Source: Bellilinea caldifistulae
GTDB taxonomy: Bacteria > Chloroflexota > Anaerolineae > Anaerolineales > Anaerolineaceae
Length of the DNA: 32,000 nucleotides
Direction of reading: 5' to 3'
NCBI RefSeq assembly: GCF_001306055.1
Contig: NZ_LGHJ01000027.1
Coordinates: 1 to 32,000 of the forward strand
Shown here: in pieces, positions 9,401 through 15,610 of the stretch
How positions within the stretch are numbered: position 1 is the stretch's first letter
Layout of the letters: the number at the start of each line of letters is the position of its first letter
Notes under the pieces: model-generated
The model's input: the letters and a program-made list of their open reading frames with translations, nothing else
Databases searched by the model: none
Told to the model about the DNA's origin: nothing
Program-made: the position numbers and the translations under genes

Positions 9401-9625
9401 GAATTGAAATATACCAAGTATCCATTCTCTACCTTGCGGAAACTTCAGCCCTACACAGTTTCTATTTATAAGAGCGAGTTCGATAAACTCAGTTCGAAAG
9501 GAGTCGTTTTGACTATTGAAGATACCTATCATTTCCTGAACCCCGACAACCTGCAAGCGTACTATGACCCGCATTGCGGTCTTCTTATCCCCGAAAACGG
9601 TGGCGGGGATGGGTTACTGTTCTAA
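6404..9625 (+). CDS. cas3: Cas3 HD nuclease / SF2 helicase (type I-C) with an N-terminal HTH-WYL-WCX regulator module fused in frame
   Basis: 1073-aa ORF with AGGA 7 nt upstream of the ATG. Residues 1 to about 318: HTH (SDKELAERLGVNRTQIYRDRIEL), WYL-type core (VRMEYQRLGHDEITRHTISPYLIEPSIWSDSVYVIAQSDFNDKIYPFKIDRI), WCX-like tail (WIRGWGADVEVLEPPDLRSAL). From about residue 325: Cas3 HD motifs (LLHDLGKY, VDHSTAG, GHHAGLPD), helicase motif I VPTGGGKT and motif II FDEAQ. Confidence 0.9.
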   Translation: MSGLTKSERLEEMKRLYIQRAYSDKELAERLGVNRTQIYRDRIELSREYPIEKDQNGRYHIPRSKLLSEIKVNLLEALTLYLAASKIARQTRVYHPPAANAVEKLAAVLRQPMTEQLLNSANRLLNQEKKPEKIKILETIAQAWVEQRKVRMEYQRLGHDEITRHTISPYLIEPSIWSDSVYVIAQSDFNDKIYPFKIDRILSAFLTSETFAIPSSFSSEDLLKHAWGIWYADREPVTVKLRFFPSPTVIQRLEESIWHPLERVEKTEDGGRIWSVEIADWREMLPWIRGWGADVEVLEPPDLRSALEKEARRMAKLYGMGDLNTVRPRFFAHRREDEDSENWQPLIEHLRNTAAMARDFGKDANVADFAYITGLLHDLGKYSDEFQKRLVGSGRRVDHSTAGAKELISLFKDKPQRPFAYLLAYPILGHHAGLPDYGSETDLEGGTLCARLKNVIPDYSAYKNELDVTELSLPLNLPFRPLHLPIIPQKPPKNYFGFSLSFMARMIYSALVDADFQETETYMRGKKPRGEYDKIPELRGKLDQHLRQFEKPTSEINQKRNEILHACIEKAKTEKPGFFSLTVPTGGGKTLASMAFALHHAAEYGLRRVIYVIPFTTIIEQNAGVFKNIFGEEQVLEHHSNFDWEGKNREDADNRTNSVLAKLKLAAENWEIPIVVTTNVQFFESLFANKSSRCRKLHNIAKSVIIFDEAQMLPREYMRPAMAAVWELVTNYGVSALFCTATQPRLERFLPLGTEVKELAPNPQELFDFYKRVDVQNLGTLTDVELLDRLNRHDQVLCIVNTRRHASGLFKGLQGDGNFHLSTLMCPVHRRAKLEEIKKRLSSGKSCRVVSTTVMEAGIDLDFPIGYRALSGLDSINQAAGRVNREMRQPSGYLFVFEPKSEFINKTPSFIKQAAEVARMVLRDHAKAPISIPAIQAFFGHLYNLQDPLAFDFKRIMDCFEDDEGRFKFETASRAFQIIEDPTVTVIIPFNEEAKKLIEELKYTKYPFSTLRKLQPYTVSIYKSEFDKLSSKGVVLTIEDTYHFLNPDNLQAYYDPHCGLLIPENGGGDGLLF

Positions 9626-9736
9626 TTCAACCACTGCGAGGAGAGTGAAGTCTACCGCAGCCATTTCCCTGCAGAAGCGGAAGATCTCTCGTTATTTTAC
9701 ACCTCGCATTGACAATCACGAAAGGAGGTTCAAATT

Positions 9737-10402
9737 ATGGGATACGGCATCATCATCCGCGTTGAAGGCTCTTATGCCCTGTTCACTCGCCCCGAAATGA
9801 AAGTGGAGCGCGTCAGTTACGATGTCATCACGCCCTCGGCGGCACGCGGGATTATCGAGGCGGTTTATTGGAAACCCGCTATCCGTTGGGTAATTGATAA
9901 AATCCATGTCCTGCGCGAAATTCAATTTACCAACATTCGTCGCAACGAGGTGAGCAGTAAAGCATCGGTGGACAATGCCTTGCAAGTGATGAAGGGCGCG
10001 CAAAAACCGCTCTACATCGCTGCTACCGAAACTCGTCAACAGCGCGCTGCAATGGTTTTAAAAGATGTGGATTATGTCATCGAGGCGCATTTCGATTTGA
10101 CAGACAAGGCCGGCCCGGACGATACACAGGAGAAGCATTACAACGTGGTTTTGCGCCGTCTGCGTAACGGTCAGCGCTTTCACACCCCCTGCCTGGGGAC
10201 TCGTGAGTTTCCTGCCAAGGTAACGCTCATCGAGGATAAAGACGACATCCCCAAAAGCCCGCTTGTGGGCAAGCGTGACCTGGGTTACATGCTTTACGAC
10301 CTGGATTTCTCCAACCCTCGCGACATTCAGCCAATGTTCTTCCGAGCGGTTATGGAAAATGGCGTTATTGTTGTGCCGAAGCCTGAGGAGGTGCGGCGAT
10401 GA
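9737..10402 (+). CDS. cas5: Cas5c (Cas5d) type I-C pre-crRNA endoribonuclease / Cascade subunit
   Basis: 221 aa with AAGGAGG upstream. The N-terminus MGYGIIIRVEGSYALFTRPEMKVERVSYDVITPSAARGIIEAVYWKP is characteristic of Cas5d. The stop overlaps the cas8c start (ATGA). Confidence 0.9.
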   Translation: MGYGIIIRVEGSYALFTRPEMKVERVSYDVITPSAARGIIEAVYWKPAIRWVIDKIHVLREIQFTNIRRNEVSSKASVDNALQVMKGAQKPLYIAATETRQQRAAMVLKDVDYVIEAHFDLTDKAGPDDTQEKHYNVVLRRLRNGQRFHTPCLGTREFPAKVTLIEDKDDIPKSPLVGKRDLGYMLYDLDFSNPRDIQPMFFRAVMENGVIVVPKPEEVRR

Positions 10403-12312
10403 TCTTGCAATCGCTCTATAACTACTACCAGATTTTGCGCGAAGACCCCGACGTAGAGATTGCCGAGCCCGGCTATAGCAATGCCCCTGTCAGTTATGCT
10501 CTCAATTTATCTGAAAACGGTGATCTGCTAGACATCGTACCGCTGTTTGTCCCTGTTCAATCCGGGAAAAAGACAGTGGAGAGACCCCGCCGAATGAATG
10601 TACCAGAGCAAGTCAAGCGTAGTGTCAACGTTGCGGCAAATTTCCTGTGTGATAACGCTGCTTATGTCCTTGGGCTCACCGGAAAAGAAGCAAAAGACCC
10701 GGAGTATTCCCAAAAGCGATTTGAGGCTTTTCGGAAACTAAATGTAGAAATTCTTTCTGGAGTTAATACCCCTTTAGCTCGTGCAGTGATTTCTTTCTTG
10801 CAAAAATACGATCCCTCAACCGCTTTACAGAATCCCGTAATTTCACGCCATCTGGAAGGATTGATGGAAGGTGGTAATCTTATCTTTCAGGTTGAAGGCA
10901 AGAATGTGCTGGACGACCCTCAAGTCAGGAGCGTTTGGGAGGAGTATAAAACCGGGCAAAAAGCGGCTGTCATGCAATGTCTGGTCACTGGTGAAATTGA
11001 GCCGGTTGAACGTCTGCATCCAGACATAAAAGGAGTTCGAGATGCCCAAAGCAAAGGCGCTTCTCTGGTTAGCTTCAACCTGGATGCATTTACATCTTAT
11101 GGCAGAGAACAAGGCTCGAATGCGCCCGTGAGCAAGCGGGTCGCATCAGGATATGGTGTGGCGCTCAATTATCTGCTTTCCAACCAAAACCCGAATCGCA
11201 AAATTTACTTTGGTGATACCACCGTGGTCTATTGGGCGGATGCGCCCGAAAAACGTTACGCAAGCGCTTTCTACTCTTTCCTGAATCCAGAATTCCAACA
11301 GGGGCAGGGGGAAGAAGAAACCGAAGAAACCAAAAGTGAGGAAAAACGGAAACGTGCCAAACAAGCAGAAAGAACGCTTGGCGAAGTAGCCGAATCTGTA
11401 TGGCAGGTAAAAGCCATTGACCTTGCCGAGTTACACAAACAAATTGAAAAAGAATTGGACAAAAACACGCGATTCAATATTTTGGGATTAGCCCCGAGCG
11501 CAGCGCGTTTGTCTGTGCGCTTCTTTCTCACCCAGCCGTTTGGCGTGTTCGCCGAACGCATCATGCAGCACTATGAAGACCTGCAAATCGAGAAGGAATA
11601 TGTCAACCAGCCGACATATATCTCGCCCTATCGCATCCTTGCCGAATGTGTTTCGCCCAAAGTGACCTCACGCGATGAAGAAGTAAAAAAATCCTGGTCA
11701 CTGTTAGGCGGTGCATTCATCCGTTCGATTCTCACGGGAACGCCTTACCCCGAAGGTTTGTACGCAGCCATTCTGAATCGTATTCGCCATGATACCGATG
11801 AATCCAGTGAAGGAGGAAGACAAAGAAGTATCAAAATCAACTATATCCGCGCTGCCTATCTCAAGGCGCATCTCATCCGAAAGTATCGCCGTCAAGGCAA
11901 TAATCCCTATCAGGAGGCTTTGCATATGTCACTCAATGAATCCTACACTCACCCGGCCTACGTGCTGGGCCGTCTGTTCGCTGTACTGGAAAAAGTACAG
12001 AGAGAATCTATTGGGACAACCATAAATGCCACCATCAAGGACCGCTACTTCACCTCTGCCTGCGCATCACCTGCCAGTGTTTTCCCAACGCTGCTACGGC
12101 TTGCCCATCATTGGACGGCGAAAGCCGAATATGGCAGCGTATCGGACAGAAAAATCCAGGACTTACTGGGCATGCTCGAGGCAAAACCCTTTCCATCGCG
12201 ATTCTCGTTGGATGAGCAGGGCATTTTTGTTCTGGGCTACTATCACCAGCGGGCTGCCTTCTACACCAAGAAGGATAATCATGCTGAGGAAACAAGTCAA
12301 CCCGATGATTAA
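10399..12312 (+). CDS. cas8c: Cas8c (Csd1) type I-C large subunit
   Basis: 637 aa in the canonical position between cas5c and cas7c. N-terminus MILQSLYNYYQIL and a C-terminal helical region typical of Csd1. Confidence 0.9.
   Translation: MILQSLYNYYQILREDPDVEIAEPGYSNAPVSYALNLSENGDLLDIVPLFVPVQSGKKTVERPRRMNVPEQVKRSVNVAANFLCDNAAYVLGLTGKEAKDPEYSQKRFEAFRKLNVEILSGVNTPLARAVISFLQKYDPSTALQNPVISRHLEGLMEGGNLIFQVEGKNVLDDPQVRSVWEEYKTGQKAAVMQCLVTGEIEPVERLHPDIKGVRDAQSKGASLVSFNLDAFTSYGREQGSNAPVSKRVASGYGVALNYLLSNQNPNRKIYFGDTTVVYWADAPEKRYASAFYSFLNPEFQQGQGEEETEETKSEEKRKRAKQAERTLGEVAESVWQVKAIDLAELHKQIEKELDKNTRFNILGLAPSAARLSVRFFLTQPFGVFAERIMQHYEDLQIEKEYVNQPTYISPYRILAECVSPKVTSRDEEVKKSWSLLGGAFIRSILTGTPYPEGLYAAILNRIRHDTDESSEGGRQRSIKINYIRAAYLKAHLIRKYRRQGNNPYQEALHMSLNESYTHPAYVLGRLFAVLEKVQRESIGTTINATIKDRYFTSACASPASVFPTLLRLAHHWTAKAEYGSVSDRKIQDLLGMLEAKPFPSRFSLDEQGIFVLGYYHQRAAFYTKKDNHAEETSQPDD
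11926..12312 (+). CDS. cas11: Candidate Cas11c small subunit from internal in-frame initiation within cas8c (128 aa)
   Basis: AGGAGG at 11912-11917, an 8-nt spacer, then ATG at 11926-11928 in the cas8c frame (codon 510). The product would be the last 128 aa. Type I-C systems are known to make Cas11c this way. Confidence 0.5.
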   Translation: MSLNESYTHPAYVLGRLFAVLEKVQRESIGTTINATIKDRYFTSACASPASVFPTLLRLAHHWTAKAEYGSVSDRKIQDLLGMLEAKPFPSRFSLDEQGIFVLGYYHQRAAFYTKKDNHAEETSQPDD

Positions 12313-12463
12313 TGTCATCGCAAGTGGTAAAGCGGCGAATCAATTTACTTTCAAAGAGAGCGCTACCCTCGTATTCAAAACAAGTGAATTGGCCATCTTC
12401 CTCGGCAAGACGGAAAATTGTAAAGTTTTTTCAAAAAACCAAAATAACAAAGGAGAATAACTC

Positions 12464-13330
12464 ATGACTACCCTTTCCAACCGCTATGAATTTGTTTTGC
12501 TCTACGACGTAGAGAACGGCAATCCGAACGGCGATCCTGATGCAGGAAATATGCCACGCATTGATCCTGAAACAGGCTACGGAATTGTCACCGACGTGTG
12601 CCTGAAGCGAAAAATTCGCAATTACGTGGAGATGATTAAGGGAGATACACCCGGTTACCGAATCTATGTCAAGGAAGGCATCCCGCTGAATGCCAATCAC
12701 AGAGAAGCCTATCTTGCCGTTGGTTTAGAACCCGGCAAGAAAGCTTCAGTAGAAGGGGTAAACAAAGCCCGCGAGTGGATGTGCAAGAACTTTTATGACA
12801 TCCGCACCTTTGGCGCCGTTTTGAGCGTTGGAGATAACTGCGGTCAGGTGCGCGGGCCAGTGCAATTGAACTTCTCCCGGAGCATTGACCCTATCGTTCA
12901 ACAAGAAGTGACCATCACTCGCCTGACAGTCACAAGAGAGGAAGAAGCAGACAAAGAGCGCACGATTGGGCGCAAACACATCATCCCCTATGCCTTATAC
13001 CGTGTTGAGGGGTATGTTTCTGCCAAATTAGCCAATGACCCGACCAAAGGAACCGGTTTCTCTGAAGAAGATCTGCAACTGTTTTGGGAGGCGTTAATCA
13101 ACATGTTTGAACATGACCGTTCGGCGGCGCGCGGAAAAATGGCAACCCGCAGATTGTTTGTTTTCAAACACGAGAGTGATTTGGGAAATGCACCCGCTCA
13201 TCGGTTGTTTGAACTGATTCGGGTCAATAAAAAAGAGGGCGCCAACCCACCGCGCAGTTTTGATGATTATGAGGTGAGTGTTAACAAAGATGACCTACCC
13301 TCTGGAGTCACCCTAATTCCCATGCTCTAA
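12464..13330 (+). CDS. cas7: Cas7c (Csd2) type I-C backbone subunit
   Basis: 288 aa with AAGGAGA upstream. YEFVLLYDVENGNPNGDPDAGNMPRIDPETGYGIVTDVCLKRKIRNYV is the hallmark Csd2/Cas7 N-terminus. Confidence 0.92.
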   Translation: MTTLSNRYEFVLLYDVENGNPNGDPDAGNMPRIDPETGYGIVTDVCLKRKIRNYVEMIKGDTPGYRIYVKEGIPLNANHREAYLAVGLEPGKKASVEGVNKAREWMCKNFYDIRTFGAVLSVGDNCGQVRGPVQLNFSRSIDPIVQQEVTITRLTVTREEEADKERTIGRKHIIPYALYRVEGYVSAKLANDPTKGTGFSEEDLQLFWEALINMFEHDRSAARGKMATRRLFVFKHESDLGNAPAHRLFELIRVNKKEGANPPRSFDDYEVSVNKDDLPSGVTLIPML

Positions 13331-13399
13331 GCCAATTTCGAAAACCCGGCTCCCACGTGGGGGGTGGGAGCCGGGGAATTTCCTTTTAGGGAACTAGAT

Positions 13400-14068
13400 A
13401 TGCCCCGCGAATATACCTCCGATGACCTTTTGCCCCTTTCCGGCATCCAGCACTTCATGTTTTGCCGTCGGCAGTGGGCACTGATTCATGTCGAACAACA
13501 ATGGAGAGAAAATACCTTCACCGCTGAGGGCAGGCTCTTACACCAACGGGTAGATGATCCTTTCTTTACCGAAACCCGAAATGGAGTCATCATTGCTCGC
13601 TCGGTACCGGTTGCTTCTTACCGTTTGGGGCTTTCGGGTATATGCGATGTGGTCGAATTCAGCGAGTCGGAAGTGGGTGTAAATCTGCCTGGCAGGCAAG
13701 GCACTTTCTTACCGGTGCCGGTGGAATACAAGCGTGGCCGCCCAAAATCCACCCCTGTGGACGAAGTTCAATTATGCGCTCAGGCAATCTGTCTGGAAGA
13801 AATGCTCTCGGTAGCCATTCCGGTTGGCTATCTATACTATGCAAAAACTCGCCACCGCACACCGGTAGAATTGACCGATAAGCTGCGTCAGCTGGTTGAT
13901 AAGATCAGTGCTGAAATGCATGCCTACTACGAACGCGGATACACTCCCAGAGTAAGAACTTCACGCGCCTGCCGTTCCTGTTCCCTGGCAGAAATTTGTC
14001 TGCCGCGCTTGCAAGAAAAATCCATGCCCGTTTCCCGCTATATTCATCAGTGGATTGACCATGACTAA
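13400..14068 (+). CDS. cas4: Cas4 RecB-like exonuclease with C-terminal Fe-S cysteines
   Basis: ORF 13364..14068 (GTG) trimmed to the ATG at 13400 (MPREYTSDDL...). An N-terminal Cys (FMFCRRQW) and C-terminal CRSCSLAEIC form the 4-Cys cluster pattern. PD-(D/E)xK-like DVVEF ... EYK. Confidence 0.85.
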   Translation: MPREYTSDDLLPLSGIQHFMFCRRQWALIHVEQQWRENTFTAEGRLLHQRVDDPFFTETRNGVIIARSVPVASYRLGLSGICDVVEFSESEVGVNLPGRQGTFLPVPVEYKRGRPKSTPVDEVQLCAQAICLEEMLSVAIPVGYLYYAKTRHRTPVELTDKLRQLVDKISAEMHAYYERGYTPRVRTSRACRSCSLAEICLPRLQEKSMPVSRYIHQWIDHD

Positions 14069-14071
14069 CCG

Positions 14072-15103
14072 ATGAAAACCCTTGCCAATGTCCTGTATAT
14101 AACCACACCCGATACTTACCTCTCTCTGGATGGGGAGAACATTGTCATCAAGAAAGATGAGCATACCTCAACGCGGCTGCCCCTTCATAACTTGGAAAAT
14201 ATTGTCTGCTTCAACTGGCAGGGCGCCAGTCCGGCTTTGATGGGCGCCTGCGCGGAAAGAGGAATCGGATTGGCATTCCTCTCGCCGAATGGACGTTTTC
14301 TTGGGAGGGTGAGCGGCAAGATTAAGGGCAATGTTCTGCTTCGGAAGAAGCAATATCGAATTTCCGAAGAAGAGACCCCCAGTGTGCCAATTGCCTCATC
14401 ATTTTTGGTTGGCAAAGTTTATAACAGCCGCAAAGTCATTGAACGCGCCTTGCGAGACCATGCACTGCTGGTGGACAAGGTTGCCCTCTCCAAAGCTTCT
14501 TCATTCCTAAAGGAAATTTTGAGCGCATTGGTCACCTGCAAACACATTGCAGAATTGATGGCATTTGAAGGGAGCGCAGCAAAGATCTATTTTGGGGTCT
14601 TCGATCAGTTGATCTTGCAACAGAAAGATGATTTTCACTTTGTCGAAAGATCGCGCCGCCCGCCGTTAGATAATATGAACAGCCTGCTTTCGTTCCTTTA
14701 CACCTTGCTGACTAATGAAGTGGTTTCTGCCTTGGAAGCAGTTGGACTGGATCCATACGTGGGGTTTCTTCATACCGAGCGTCCAGGTCGGCCTTCGCTT
14801 GCTCTGGATATGATGGAAGAACTGCGTCCCGTGTTTGCCGACCGATTGGCGCTTTCGCTGGTAAACCGCCGGCAAATCACTGCCAAAGGATTTACTCAAA
14901 AAGAAAGTGGCGGGATTTTGATGGATGATGAAACCCGGAAAACGGTCATCACTGCCTGGCAGGAACGTAAAAAGGAAGAAATCGAACATCCCTACCTGAA
15001 AGAACGCATTCCCTTTGGTTTGATCCCGCATGTGCAAGCCCTGTTACTGGCTCGTCACCTGCGCGGCGATTTGGATGCCTATCCTCCTTTTTTCTGGAGC
15101 TGA
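14072..15103 (+). CDS. cas1: Cas1 integrase (type I-C)
   Basis: 343 aa. LYITTPDTYLSLDGENIVI, AFEGSAAKIYF and GLDPYVGFLHTERPGRPSLALDMMEELRP are typical Cas1 motifs. Confidence 0.92.
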   Translation: MKTLANVLYITTPDTYLSLDGENIVIKKDEHTSTRLPLHNLENIVCFNWQGASPALMGACAERGIGLAFLSPNGRFLGRVSGKIKGNVLLRKKQYRISEEETPSVPIASSFLVGKVYNSRKVIERALRDHALLVDKVALSKASSFLKEILSALVTCKHIAELMAFEGSAAKIYFGVFDQLILQQKDDFHFVERSRRPPLDNMNSLLSFLYTLLTNEVVSALEAVGLDPYVGFLHTERPGRPSLALDMMEELRPVFADRLALSLVNRRQITAKGFTQKESGGILMDDETRKTVITAWQERKKEEIEHPYLKERIPFGLIPHVQALLLARHLRGDLDAYPPFFWS

Positions 15104-15136
15104 TGCGTAATTTGGTGATTATGGAAGAGGTATGAA

Positions 15137-15427
15137 ATGTTCGTTCTCATTACCTATGATGTCAACACCGAAACCGAAGCGGGAAAAAAGCGTTTGAGAA
15201 AAGTGGCCAAAGCCTGTCAGGATTACGGTCAACGGGTGCAGAATTCGGTTTTTGAATGTGTTATTGACCCGACCCGTTTTCGGTTTTTGCGAGCCAGGCT
15301 TGAGAAATTGATTGATAAGGAAAAGGACAGCCTCCGATTTTATTTTTTGGGCGATGAGTGGAAAAATCGGATCGAGCATATTGGAGCTAAGCCAAGCCTT
15401 GACATTACCGGAACTCTGATAACCTGA
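15137..15427 (+). CDS. cas2: Cas2
   Basis: 96 aa. MFVLITYDVNTETEAGKKRLRKVAKACQDYGQRVQNSVFEC is the classic Cas2 ferredoxin-fold N-terminus. Confidence 0.92.
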   Translation: MFVLITYDVNTETEAGKKRLRKVAKACQDYGQRVQNSVFECVIDPTRFRFLRARLEKLIDKEKDSLRFYFLGDEWKNRIEHIGAKPSLDITGTLIT

Positions 15428-15610
15428 GTATAGGGCAAGTGGTTGCGAACCTGAAGTGCACACGAAAATTCAGGGAGGTTCGCAGGAAAAACAGCACCTT
15501 AACAACAGAATATGGTAAAAGATTGATCGTTTTTCGGTAATTATCGGGAAACCGAAAAAGAACGAAGCCAACATCTGGCGTTTTGGGGATTAAAACCGCC
15601 AGATGTTGCT
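15428..15610 (+). promoter_or_regulatory. CRISPR leader
   Basis: Non-coding stretch between the cas2 stop and repeat 1. It contains three inverted repeats (15445-15483, 15530-15559, 15569-15608). Repeat orientation (3' ATTGAAAC) matches + strand transcription. Confidence 0.7.

Noticed and set aside
13364-13399. GTG start at 13364 for cas4, the 25845 start for the GntR gene, and the 3838 and 2111 starts for the protease and lipoprotein ORFs.
   Set aside because: The internal ATGs give native-looking N-termini (Cas4 MPREY..., signal peptides) or remove an overlap with the divergent rbsK gene. The upstream extensions are low-complexity or unconserved in appearance.
15445-15483. Hairpin just after cas2 as a rho-independent terminator.
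   Set aside because: The stem is interrupted by a 4-nt bulge and is followed by AGGAAAAAC rather than a T-run. It is kept only as a structural feature of the leader.
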